From positions 1-36,449 of the IMG/VR virus record IMGVR_UViG_3300049199_000005: a stretch of DNA of 36,449 nt. One strand, given 5' to 3'. Shown one piece after another: positions 15,818 to 25,418 of this stretch (its first letter is position 1; the number at the start of each line of letters is the position of its first letter). This stretch comes from a virus (Duplodnaviria; Caudoviricetes). The position numbers and the translations under genes were made by a program. The notes under the pieces were generated by a model, which was not told the DNA's origin, made no database searches, and worked only from the letters and a program-made list of their open reading frames with translations.

Positions 15818-16723
15818 TTAGGCTGTTTTGTAAAGTACGATTTCAGCACCGTAAGCATATCCGATAGCACCTGTAAGAACTACTTTCATTCTGATAGTTC
15901 CTGATAAATCAGTTTCGTCCATATCTTTAACACGGATTTCGTTGTGATCTGCTAACAATCCCGTCATAAATGTAACGTTTGATTTTGTGTAAGCTAACAT
16001 TGTGTTAGGTGCAAAACCTTTAATTTCAGTTAAAGTATAACCGTTAAAATCAAACTCGCTAGGGTTAGCAAATGTACCGTTAGCACGTGCAAATGAACCT
16101 TGAATCTTTTTCAATGCTCTTAGTACGTTTGTAGAAACTCCTAAAACTAAATCAGATGCTCCGATAACTTCATCAGGTACTGCATCAATAAATTTAGCTA
16201 ATTCTGCTTCTACGTTTGCGCTTGTAATTGCTACGGGTGTAGCTACATCGATAACAGTAGCATCTGCAACTAATTGAGGAATTAAACCTAACAAGTTACC
16301 ATCCAATCCGTCACCGTTCCAAATATCTAAATCAACTTTTCTAGCTACTTTTTTACCCATATCAAGTAAGATAGCTGCTTGCTCTGTTGCAGGTAGTGAG
16401 TCATTGTGTGCAGAGAATCCCATTTCTTGTGCCGTCCACAATTGTCTAAAATCTTCTTTACACAATTCAGAATCCCACTTAATTTTTTTAGGTGTAATTG
16501 CGTACTCTGAAAGAACGATTGAACCTGTTGGAGTAAATCCACATACGTAATCAACAAACCCCTCAACGGTATTGATTTTACGCAAATAAGTAGTGCTAAC
16601 GATGTTAGGCATTACCGTTACTAAATTTTCGCTAATTGCGTTAGCTTCTTTAATCATTGCAGCGATATATTCCCCCGCTACGTTACCTACAAAGTTTGTA
16701 GTAATATTTAAACTTGTTGCCAT
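15818..16723 (-). CDS. Major capsid protein
   Basis: 301 aa; downstream of protease/scaffold; HK97-like size and features (DIWNGDG). Confidence 0.85.
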   Translation of the reverse strand: MATSLNITTNFVGNVAGEYIAAMIKEANAISENLVTVMPNIVSTTYLRKINTVEGFVDYVCGFTPTGSIVLSEYAITPKKIKWDSELCKEDFRQLWTAQEMGFSAHNDSLPATEQAAILLDMGKKVARKVDLDIWNGDGLDGNLLGLIPQLVADATVIDVATPVAITSANVEAELAKFIDAVPDEVIGASDLVLGVSTNVLRALKKIQGSFARANGTFANPSEFDFNGYTLTEIKGFAPNTMLAYTKSNVTFMTGLLADHNEIRVKDMDETDLSGTIRMKVVLTGAIGYAYGAEIVLYKTA

Positions 16724-16728
16724 TCTTT

Positions 16729-17826
16729 TTATTTATTTAATTTGTTTAGTAAATCTGAAAATTTCCCTGTTGCTTGTGATTGTGTTGGTGTGCTTTTAAT
16801 TGGTTTGGTTGCAGGTTGATTTGCTAACTCTACTAATTGTTTTTTTAACTCAACATTTTCCTCTGAAAGTGTTTTGAATTTTGCATCAACTTCCTCTGAA
16901 TATTTAATCATAATTGATTTAATCATATTCTCGATTGCTGTCGCTTCATCAATTGCGCTCGGCACATTTGGCTCACTCATTGCTGCGCCTGCGTTTTCTT
17001 CTTCTGGCATTTCAGCAGGTTTAACTTCACCTACCTTACCCTCCTCCGAAATAACCAAAATAGTGTTATCCTCTAGTTGATATTCACCAACAGGCAAACC
17101 TACTTTTGTTCCATCTTCTGCTACTACAAAAACGCTTGCACCTGCCATAAGACTTTCACCATCGTACTCGATTACAACTGAACCGTCAGCACTTTTAATA
17201 CTACCTAGTTTAATTTCCTGCGCTGGCTTCATAGCTAACGCAATCTTTTCAGGTAGCTCCTTTAACATCTCTATTAAATTAACATTCATTTCTATTTGTG
17301 ATTTTAAATTTACTTCTTTAAGTGATAGCATTGCATCTATCGAAAAACCTTTAACCTTGCCTGTTTTTACGTAGTTGTTCCAAACTTCCTCAGAATCAAC
17401 TTTCATCGTAGCAATCCAACTACCTTTTGGGTAACTTAAACCTAAAGCATTAGATTTATCGTTTTTCGGATCTTCTACAATCCAAGATTCAACGAACGTA
17501 ACACCCTGTATTCTTTGGGTTGCTTCGTGTTCAATAGTGCTATTTTTTTGGTAGTTGTTTTTGAAAAAACCGTGTGATAATTCTTTAATAGTATTCTCAT
17601 CGAAAATGATGTTAAATTCTTCTCCGTTTTGATTTCTATAAATAGGCTTGTTAGGTTCTAAAACTAAACCTACTAAAATTCTTTGCTCGGTACTGATTTC
17701 TTTTAATTGTATTTCGTTTTGATTTAACGCTATAAAATCGCCCTCCATTGCAGGTGATTCTACTAAAGAAATTCCGAAAACGCCTTTGTTTTCTTCTGGG
17801 TTGTAAATTGCAGAAAATGTTTTCAT
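16729..17826 (-). CDS. Prohead protease (XkdF-like) fused to scaffold region
   Basis: ISLVESPA, STIEH, ESWIV, GKVKGFSID; acidic/coiled-coil C-terminus. Confidence 0.85.
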   Translation of the reverse strand: MKTFSAIYNPEENKGVFGISLVESPAMEGDFIALNQNEIQLKEISTEQRILVGLVLEPNKPIYRNQNGEEFNIIFDENTIKELSHGFFKNNYQKNSTIEHEATQRIQGVTFVESWIVEDPKNDKSNALGLSYPKGSWIATMKVDSEEVWNNYVKTGKVKGFSIDAMLSLKEVNLKSQIEMNVNLIEMLKELPEKIALAMKPAQEIKLGSIKSADGSVVIEYDGESLMAGASVFVVAEDGTKVGLPVGEYQLEDNTILVISEEGKVGEVKPAEMPEEENAGAAMSEPNVPSAIDEATAIENMIKSIMIKYSEEVDAKFKTLSEENVELKKQLVELANQPATKPIKSTPTQSQATGKFSDLLNKLNK

Positions 17827-17830
17827 AATT

Positions 17831-17859
17831 TTAAAACGAAATTTATTTTTTTATGTAAC
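17831..17859 (-). promoter_or_regulatory. Candidate phage late promoter GTTACA-N15-CGTTTT
   Basis: Motif ends 6 nt before the protease ATG. Confidence 0.75.
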
Positions 17860-17951
17860 AATTTTGTTTATCTTTGGATTAATCTTTTCAGATGGTCGGC
17901 ACTTTAGTTTAGATTTCATAATTATTATTTTTTTTGGTTTTTTATGTTTTT

Positions 17952-17981
17952 AACCCGAGTATAATTTGCTCGGGTTTTTTT
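17952..17981. terminator. Intrinsic terminator hairpin
   Basis: AACCCGAG / CTCGGGTT followed by a T-run on the plus strand. Confidence 0.7.
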
Positions 17982-19683
17982 ATATCTTACTATTTTCTAT
18001 AATATTCCTATCCAAACTCTGTGCAGTTGTTACATTTGAACTTACAACATAGGCTTGTATAGGTTTGTTTTGTGTCGCTAAACTAGATGCTATTTGATTC
18101 GCTCCTGTTCCTTGCACTAAATTGAATGACGGTGCTGACGGTGCGCCACCTCCTTGACTACCTCCACCGCTTGCAGTACTTCCGTTAGAGTTGCTCGGTG
18201 TTGCTTTTAAAATGTTTTTTACTTGAACTGCTGAAAATGCACCCGCTAAACCCGCTTGAATAAATGGGTAAGCAGGAAATAAAGTTGTAATTGGTGATTT
18301 ACTAGCAGTTGTAAACGCATTTTGAACGCCCTCTATACCTGAAATGGTCGCTTGCAATGCTGCTGTTGCCTTACCTATTTTAGATCCTCTACCTGCAATC
18401 TCACTAATCAATCCTAGCGTTTGACTTGCTATGTTTACCTTTGCGTTTTTAACGGATTGTTCTAGCGCAATTTGTTCATCTGCTGCTTTTTTATCGCTTT
18501 CAACTTTCTTTGCGTTTGCTTGTTCAATCGCATCAACTTCGTCTGCAATATTTTGAAGTCTTTTTTGTTGGTTTTGTTCCTCTAAAAGTTGTTCTTCTAC
18601 TTTTGCATTAATACTATCAATAGTTAATTTTGCAATACCTGCGTTAACACTAGCTTGGTATGCTTCTCTTGCTTTTCGCTTTTCATCTTCTATTTTGTCG
18701 GCTGCTTCTTGTGCTGTTCTTCTTTTTTCTGCTGCTGCTTGTTGGTCCGCTATTGCTCTTTCTCTTTTTTCTTTTGCGTCATCTTCTAATTTATCCCTTT
18801 TGTTTTGGTTTTTTTCAAGATTAGATGTCGCTTCATCTTCAAGGCTTATTCTTGCTCTTTGCGCTTCAGATAGTTTTTTAAATTCATCATCGTAATTACC
18901 TCCTTTTGATTCTGCTAATTCTTTCGCTGCTTGTCCTTGCTCTTTTAAAAACTTCTTTTCTCTTTCATTAAAACCTGCTTTAATTTCAATTGCTCGCCTT
19001 GCATTAATAACCTCTTGGTTAGCATTTTTCAATCTTTGTTGATAGTCCGCATCTTCTAATTTTGCAGCACGTTCTAAAAGTTTTAGCCTTTCTTGTTCGC
19101 TTAATGTTCTATTTTTTGCTTGTACATTTAGTTTATTTATTTCGGCTCTATTTCTAGCAGTTTGAACTTCTTGACTTGCTAAAACATCTTCTAAATCTTG
19201 TTGTGCTTTCGCTAATGCTGCTGCTTCTACTGCTGCCTTTTTCATATCGCCACCCAAACCATTAAAAGCCTCTCCTAATGATTTAGTACCTGTAAATAAT
19301 GCAACTACGGTATTAGAAACAACGTTAAAAACAGCACTTAAGGCAGCCATTGCTTGTTCTACTTTGTCAACTATTGGTTGAAAGTTTTTAAATACCATAA
19401 ACAGAGCGGTCATAGTTAATACAATAGCAGCTAAAATTGCTCCTAATGGATTTGCTACAATTGCCCACATTTGCACTAGCATTCCTTTCATTCCAGAAAT
19501 AGCACCATCAAAAGCAGGGAATAATTCTCTAACCGAATTACCTATGTTTTTAAATGCGCTATTGCCTGAACGTTCAATATTAGTTGTATTACTACCAACA
19601 TCTCTAATGCTATCGTTTAAATTATCAACGTTATTGGTAGCACTAGAAGTATCAACGTTTATTCTTATTGTTTCTGTAATCAT
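17980..19683 (-). CDS. Tape measure protein
   Basis: Ala/Glu/Lys-rich coiled coils; ANPLGAILAAI hydrophobic segment. Confidence 0.8.
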   Translation of the reverse strand: MITETIRINVDTSSATNNVDNLNDSIRDVGSNTTNIERSGNSAFKNIGNSVRELFPAFDGAISGMKGMLVQMWAIVANPLGAILAAIVLTMTALFMVFKNFQPIVDKVEQAMAALSAVFNVVSNTVVALFTGTKSLGEAFNGLGGDMKKAAVEAAALAKAQQDLEDVLASQEVQTARNRAEINKLNVQAKNRTLSEQERLKLLERAAKLEDADYQQRLKNANQEVINARRAIEIKAGFNEREKKFLKEQGQAAKELAESKGGNYDDEFKKLSEAQRARISLEDEATSNLEKNQNKRDKLEDDAKEKRERAIADQQAAAEKRRTAQEAADKIEDEKRKAREAYQASVNAGIAKLTIDSINAKVEEQLLEEQNQQKRLQNIADEVDAIEQANAKKVESDKKAADEQIALEQSVKNAKVNIASQTLGLISEIAGRGSKIGKATAALQATISGIEGVQNAFTTASKSPITTLFPAYPFIQAGLAGAFSAVQVKNILKATPSNSNGSTASGGGSQGGGAPSAPSFNLVQGTGANQIASSLATQNKPIQAYVVSSNVTTAQSLDRNIIENSKI

Positions 19684-19829
19684 CTTTTTGCTTTGTATGT
19701 TCTTTTTACTTGCTCCTTAAATTTTATTAAATCCTTAACTATTGCGTGTTTCCCTTTAGCTATTTCGATGTGTTCGCCACCACCGTAATAAGGTAACATT
19801 TGGCATAGTTTAATTATTTGCGCTATCAT
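19680..19829 (-). CDS. Small tail-module protein (49 aa)
   Basis: Read by hand: MIAQIIKLCQMLPYYGGGEHIEIAKGKH...; ATGA overlaps on both sides. Confidence 0.65.
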   Translation of the reverse strand: MIAQIIKLCQMLPYYGGGEHIEIAKGKHAIVKDLIKFKEQVKRTYKAKR

Positions 19830-22132
19830 ATTTCGTTATCTTGGTTAATGTATATTTGAAAAGTTTTTCCTGATCCATTATTTACATTTATAAACACATC
19901 TCTATTTTGTGTTAGTGAATTTTGAGTTAACGTAACATCAATGTAATTACCATTTTTAACAGCAGTTATAAAATCAGTTCCGAATCCTAAATCTTGCAAA
20001 GTGATATTCATAACGCTACTATTTGAAACGTAAATTTTAAAAGTTTGCGATGTGTAATCTTGGTAAAATTCTTTTTTACTCGGTGCAAATAAATTAAAAT
20101 TAGTATCGAAATTATTTATCAAATTAAAAGATGATTCACCCGTTAATAGGTTTACATTATAATCATTAATTTTAAAATAGGAATCCTTTATTTTTATAAT
20201 GTCATTTAGCTTTAATTGCGTTAGTAAGTAAATAGGTAACTTAGCTTTGTACTTAAAAATTCTTTTCTTAATATTAAAAATTGACTCTATATAATTCTGC
20301 CAATAGTTTGAGTACAAAGTGTTATTTATTAAAGCACCGTTCCAAGTGCTAAATTCGTTATTCCATAATAAAGAGTTTGTAGCCGTGTTAAGTCCTAGTG
20401 TGCTACTTGCTACGTTTAAGTTTCCATTTAAAACAATAGAACTATTAAAAAACTTAATAGGAGTATCTGAAATATTAACTATGTTTCTATAAAACAAAAC
20501 GGGTTTTGTAACTACGGAATCTAATGTTTCATTTACGCTTAAACCATATTGAATATTTGTTTTAGCGTTAGTATTTAAGTCTGGTAATCTTTCGTATAAT
20601 ATTGTTTCAAAAGGTAACTTAACATCTATTTTATCACCATCTAATGGAGTGTTATTTTCGTCAACTAATCTTAAAACGCTATCACCATAAGCAATGTTAT
20701 TATTTTTTTTATATTGTAAATTAAGAATAGTACTAGATTCTTCAAAATTAAAATTTATCTCTTTGGCTATTACACCTCTTTCAACATCATAATTTTTAAC
20801 ATCAAAGTATTTTGTAAAATCTCTTAGTTTACCCTCTTTATAATAAGAATCTAAAGTGTTAACGTAAATACTACCGTCATCGTTTCCAATAGCTACCAAT
20901 TTAAACATTTTAAAAATACCGCTTAGAAAGTCTATAACTTTAATGTCAGGCATATTTTTAGAAACATCTATATCAAAAGTAAGAGCATCATTTAAAGCAT
21001 TTGCAAATTCTAAAGTATCATTTACCCATGCCGAACCGTCAAAGTTTTGGTATTGAAAAGATAAATAAAAATTAAATGCAGGAAATCCTGCAAAGCCATT
21101 AGTAGGTATAACCTCGATACCAAAAGTATAATTGTGATTTACAAAGTCAGTACTTTCTACAGTTACTGTTCCGACTGAATTATTTGTTAATGATGTCTTT
21201 GATATTATTACGTCATTATCTCTAACAACTAAGAAATAATTATAATTAACATCAAAGTCAGTTATCAATTCTACTTGATAAAAATAAACCAATCTTTGTT
21301 TATCAATATCAGAATTAACAAATGTTTGAAAGTTTAAAATACCAGCATCAATATTAAATTTATCTGAATCGGTTTCAGTAAAATCTATTAAATTAAAATC
21401 CTTGTATTGTGCTGTTCCTGTTGTATTATTTAGCCATAAAAATATTTCAATCAATTCCTCACGACTAAAAAAGTCATCGCTAAACCTTAAATTAAATGTA
21501 TCATTTATAACTTTTAAAACTTCAGTTAGTCTAATACTAGGCTTTAATTCTTTATAAATAATACCTTTATTCGTAGCGTTATTATTAGCAATGTTAACTA
21601 ACTTTTCAGTATTAGTATTATCTAATGGATTTGAATTATAAATATATTGTCTTTGTGAGTTGTCTAAAGTGTAAATAATAGAATTGTTTTCTATAGTACT
21701 TTGCAAACCTAATTCAAAAGCAAATTCATTATGATCATAAAAAGAAAAGTCTAAATCAGAAAGTTTTTTTTCTCCTAAAAGTTCTTTGATGTTTATTAAG
21801 TTACCCCAAAAGTTTATCGTATAACTTTGTGCTAACCCATTTTTTACAGCTACTTTTTCTAATCTGAACTTACCACTTTTGAAAGGGAAACCATCTATTT
21901 TAATTTCGCCTTGAACTTTTACACGTGCATCGAATGTGTTATCAATATCAGCGTTATAGTAATGCTTGAAAATAAAATTATTTCTTTCACTTGCTGGAAC
22001 GGTAAAACTTTTAGTATAGTCAGTATTTACTTTTGTTATGTCATCAGTATTGGCAACTGAACTATTCAAATCAATAGTTTCATCTTTAAATAAATCTATC
22101 TTTTGAGTACCTATAAATATTTCAGTTATCAT
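19826..22132 (-). CDS. Tail tip/hub protein
   Basis: 768 aa; IDLFKDETI, YTKSFTVPAS..NN.IFKHYYN; next to the tape measure gene. Confidence 0.75.
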   Translation of the reverse strand: MITEIFIGTQKIDLFKDETIDLNSSVANTDDITKVNTDYTKSFTVPASERNNFIFKHYYNADIDNTFDARVKVQGEIKIDGFPFKSGKFRLEKVAVKNGLAQSYTINFWGNLINIKELLGEKKLSDLDFSFYDHNEFAFELGLQSTIENNSIIYTLDNSQRQYIYNSNPLDNTNTEKLVNIANNNATNKGIIYKELKPSIRLTEVLKVINDTFNLRFSDDFFSREELIEIFLWLNNTTGTAQYKDFNLIDFTETDSDKFNIDAGILNFQTFVNSDIDKQRLVYFYQVELITDFDVNYNYFLVVRDNDVIISKTSLTNNSVGTVTVESTDFVNHNYTFGIEVIPTNGFAGFPAFNFYLSFQYQNFDGSAWVNDTLEFANALNDALTFDIDVSKNMPDIKVIDFLSGIFKMFKLVAIGNDDGSIYVNTLDSYYKEGKLRDFTKYFDVKNYDVERGVIAKEINFNFEESSTILNLQYKKNNNIAYGDSVLRLVDENNTPLDGDKIDVKLPFETILYERLPDLNTNAKTNIQYGLSVNETLDSVVTKPVLFYRNIVNISDTPIKFFNSSIVLNGNLNVASSTLGLNTATNSLLWNNEFSTWNGALINNTLYSNYWQNYIESIFNIKKRIFKYKAKLPIYLLTQLKLNDIIKIKDSYFKINDYNVNLLTGESSFNLINNFDTNFNLFAPSKKEFYQDYTSQTFKIYVSNSSVMNITLQDLGFGTDFITAVKNGNYIDVTLTQNSLTQNRDVFINVNNGSGKTFQIYINQDNEI

Positions 22133-22695
22133 ACGTTGTTAATATCATTAAATGCGTTTTCAAATTCAATAGAATAATTAATTAATCTCTCGTTTTGCCT
22201 TGTTTTATACTCTAAACTTTTACTAGAAATACTCAAAGGCGTTTTAATTCCATTCTCAATTGACCAAATACGCTCACTTAAAAGTAACTGTTTAAACGCA
22301 TCGTTTTTATCTTCATCAACAAAACCACTATTAATGGTAAATTTGCTTCTTGATTGTACGTTATACGTGTTAAATTGATGCGTGCCTATTGGATTACCAC
22401 CTTCAAAAACTTCTGATGTTACAGTAGTACTATCTTTTCTAGCCTTAAACATTGTCATAACTTGCAATGCACCCTCTTTATTTAAGAAAGCAATATCTAA
22501 AGGCGTGTATCTGCACTCGTCTGTGATTAGCAAAGTCTTGGTTACTCCATTATAAACGATTTCGATATACTCATCTGTGACTGCTTCGGCTACATTTACC
22601 CATAAATATTTAACTAACTCACCCGAAAATATAGATGTAGACGTGTTAATTGTATAATCAATTTCGTTTAGTGGGTAACTTTTTACTGTAATCAT
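22129..22695 (-). CDS. Tail protein (distal-tail-like)
   Basis: ECRYTP.IAFLNKEG, NSGFVDE, LLLSERIW. Confidence 0.6.
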   Translation of the reverse strand: MITVKSYPLNEIDYTINTSTSIFSGELVKYLWVNVAEAVTDEYIEIVYNGVTKTLLITDECRYTPLDIAFLNKEGALQVMTMFKARKDSTTVTSEVFEGGNPIGTHQFNTYNVQSRSKFTINSGFVDEDKNDAFKQLLLSERIWSIENGIKTPLSISSKSLEYKTRQNERLINYSIEFENAFNDINNV

Positions 22696-22697
22696 AA

Positions 22698-23132
22698 TTA
22701 AAATAAAATTATTGCGTAATCAAAAGAAAGTGATTGCGTGTTTGGCGTTATTTCTCTTAATGCTAAACCAAAAGAAGTAGCAGTTTTATTTACTATTGTA
22801 AAAATAACATCATTATCATTTTCAAATGTTCCACTATTACCAACCAAAGAACCAACAACCATATAATTAGTAGTACCTATGTCATCAAAATTTACTGTAA
22901 CTAATTGGTCTGTTGATACGTTTCCAATTACCCTAATACCTTTTCTTATAAACGCATTTGATGTTGGGGGGTTTTCAATTAAGTCATCTATTTGAGTTTG
23001 CAACGCTTCATTCTCTTGTATTAAATAATCAATAATAGCGTTTTCAACTTCCCTATGTTCACTTGCTAAAATATCGCTTTCACTAGCTAATTTTAAATCA
23101 ATAAAAGCTCTTAATCCTGCCTCTGTTGCCAT
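22698..23132 (-). CDS. Coiled-coil plus beta-sandwich (lectin/fibre-tip-like) protein
   Basis: N-terminal helix; VTVNF..IGTTNYMVVGS...KTATSF C-domain. Confidence 0.5.
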   Translation of the reverse strand: MATEAGLRAFIDLKLASESDILASEHREVENAIIDYLIQENEALQTQIDDLIENPPTSNAFIRKGIRVIGNVSTDQLVTVNFDDIGTTNYMVVGSLVGNSGTFENDNDVIFTIVNKTATSFGLALREITPNTQSLSFDYAIILF

Positions 23133-23136
23133 ATCT

Positions 23137-23664
23137 TTAAATTATAAAGTAGTCTGTTGTATAATCGTTTTCGTTGTAATCAGGTAAAATAGTTTCTTCA
23201 ATTTGAATAGGTAAAACAAAAATACCATCTCGATTTACTTTGTATTCATCTTGAGTCAAAAGTATTTTATTACTTGGTACGTCTGGGTTTTGTCCTTCCT
23301 CAAAATATCCATACCCTTTAATAGCTAGCTTAGTTTGTTGTAACTGTATAACGTTTGGATCAACATCGTAAATAACATGAAACCTAACCCACGCTTGATT
23401 ATTAGAATCAAATAAACCTGTGTTGATTTGTGGCGTAATATTAAATTCTATAAAATCATTAACTATTCTGGCTATATTTACTTTTTCAATCCCATCTAAA
23501 CCAACTGCATTATATTTGGTTATTTGGTAAGTTGATTGGCTTGGTACTGCTGTTCTAGCACCTCTCCAAATAAAAACTTGAACGGTATAAGAACCACAAA
23601 CAAAACCACTAAAAGGACTTGTCAAAGGTATTTCAATATAGTAAGGCGAAAGTGTTTTTATCAT
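23137..23664 (-). CDS. Tail protein
   Basis: LSPYYI...GYGYFEEGQNP; tail module. Confidence 0.6.
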   Translation of the reverse strand: MIKTLSPYYIEIPLTSPFSGFVCGSYTVQVFIWRGARTAVPSQSTYQITKYNAVGLDGIEKVNIARIVNDFIEFNITPQINTGLFDSNNQAWVRFHVIYDVDPNVIQLQQTKLAIKGYGYFEEGQNPDVPSNKILLTQDEYKVNRDGIFVLPIQIEETILPDYNENDYTTDYFII

Positions 23665-24185
23665 AGTGTATTATTTCTTAAACTTGTTTGTAACAATCTT
23701 ACTGCATCTAATCCGTACGCTTCTATTAATTGTTTTGGCAATACTCTAAATTCTTTATTAAAAGCATCAGTTAAAAAATTACTAGGCTTTTGTCCTTTCT
23801 GATATATCGAACGTGCTATTAAAAAAGCTGTTGCCTTATAAGATAAAAAGCGTCCTGTTTTTCTATCTTTAAATTGTATTCGTTTACGACCAACCCAACC
23901 ATTAACTCCCTCAGTTAAACCACCTTTTTTACCTGTACCACTTCCAAACTTAAAAGGACTATTAGGAGCACGCAAACTGCTACTTTTACCTTGTACACCT
24001 TGATCTACGAATGACGCATAATTTAAAGCGTTTAAGGTAAATTGAAAACTATTCTTTGATACTTTAACCTCGTATGATAAACTATTGGCTAATGCTTTTG
24101 TATCGTTCTTATCTGCTAGATTCCTTTTAGCGTTATTAACTACCTGTTCGCCAAATATATCAAGAACATCTTGTACTAACTGCAT
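23661..24185 (-). CDS. Neck/tail completion protein
   Basis: YASFVDQGVQG, AFLIARSIYQKG.KP..FLTDAF. Confidence 0.6.
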   Translation of the reverse strand: MQLVQDVLDIFGEQVVNNAKRNLADKNDTKALANSLSYEVKVSKNSFQFTLNALNYASFVDQGVQGKSSSLRAPNSPFKFGSGTGKKGGLTEGVNGWVGRKRIQFKDRKTGRFLSYKATAFLIARSIYQKGQKPSNFLTDAFNKEFRVLPKQLIEAYGLDAVRLLQTSLRNNTL

Positions 24186-24637
24186 AATGATATTACGGTA
24201 TTAGGCACTTCTACTTGAAAAGTCATTATCCAACCATCTAATAAATTTTTTCTGCTTTCTGTAAATTGTTGTAATGTTGGATTTTCGCTTGCTGTTATAT
24301 TATTATCTTCAAAATCTTTTAACATTAGTAACCAAATACGATTTATAACTGATAACGTTTCATTTAGATTGTCTACTTCATTATCATTGTCAAAAAATTT
24401 ATCCGTATTTATATCTTTGTTTATATCTCGAATATCAAATGCACCTATTTGACAATCAAAACGTATTACGCTATCACTAGGAAATGTAGCGTTACCTACT
24501 TGAACGTGAAGTAATGGAAATATATTTTTCTTTTCAATATCCACATCTTCAAAATCACCTTGCGTAACAGTATTTATAAAAATATCTCTTTCGCCTAATG
24601 ATTTAATGTATCTTAATAGTTCGCTATATCCGTTCAT
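24176..24637 (-). CDS. Tail terminator-like protein
   Basis: Acidic 153 aa; IFPLLHV...LDGWIMTF. Confidence 0.6.
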   Translation of the reverse strand: MNGYSELLRYIKSLGERDIFINTVTQGDFEDVDIEKKNIFPLLHVQVGNATFPSDSVIRFDCQIGAFDIRDINKDINTDKFFDNDNEVDNLNETLSVINRIWLLMLKDFEDNNITASENPTLQQFTESRKNLLDGWIMTFQVEVPNTVISLCS

Positions 24638-24910
24638 AGTTCAATTATTTGTGTGCCGTTCGTGTTCTTTTGCGCGCTTATTATTGCTTTGTTTTCTACT
24701 ATTTCACAACTTAAAAACAGTAAGCACTTATGTAATGGTAATTCTGTAACCTTGTCAATTAAAAATATATCGTTATTGGCTAGCTTTTTAAACGTAGGGT
24801 ACCAACCCCAATCTTTAAAATAACTTTCAACTTCTTTGCCTTCACTTACGCCTCTATCAAATATTTCTGGGTATAATCCTCTAATTCGTTCGCTAAATTC
24901 AAAAAAAAAA
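24634..24910 (-). CDS. -1 frameshift extension of tail assembly chaperone (GT-like)
   Basis: After T10 at 24901-24910 the -1 frame is open (EFSERIRGLYPEIF...WGWY...LPLHKCLLFL) to a TGA overlapping the next ATG. Confidence 0.75.
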
Positions 24911-25385
24911 CTAATGCGCCATTAACAATGCTTAAAGGCATTTCTTTTAATATTTCAGCATATTTTTTAGTACCTGCATAACTTTCAATCTCGTATCTGA
25001 TACCCTCTTTTTTTATAACAGGTCTAAATAAAACAGCCATTACTTTATTTAAGTTCTCTATACCATCTTGGTATTTTTCAATATCTGCAAACTCGCCTGC
25101 TGTAATTTCATCGAAGTCAGTTATAAAACCAAACTCAATATTATTAAGTTTAAATCTATTTTGAAATGATGCAGGCGTATCTAACGCAATATCTATTTGT
25201 TTGCTTAATCTTTCGAAATCTGTTGCTCTTACATTAGCCAAATCTTTAAAAGGTATCTTTGTGAAAATTGATATTTTACGTTTAGTAAAATTCATTAAAT
25301 CAATATCTCTAGTTATCAATTCTTGATACCTTTGAAATTGTCCTAAAGTTATTTCACTTATATTTTCTGGTAACTGTACTTTCAT
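24846..25385 (-). CDS. Tail assembly chaperone (G-like)
   Basis: EITLGQFQ, ITAGEFADIE, GALVFF slippery site. Confidence 0.7.
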   Translation of the reverse strand: MKVQLPENISEITLGQFQRYQELITRDIDLMNFTKRKISIFTKIPFKDLANVRATDFERLSKQIDIALDTPASFQNRFKLNNIEFGFITDFDEITAGEFADIEKYQDGIENLNKVMAVLFRPVIKKEGIRYEIESYAGTKKYAEILKEMPLSIVNGALVFFLNLANELEDYTQKYLIEA

Positions 25386-25389
25386 ACTT

Positions 25390-25418
25390 TTAAAACGATT
25401 TTATTATAATTATGTAAC
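25390..25418 (-). promoter_or_regulatory. Candidate phage late promoter GTTACA-N15-CGTTTT
   Basis: Motif ends 6 nt before the ATG at 25385. Confidence 0.75.
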
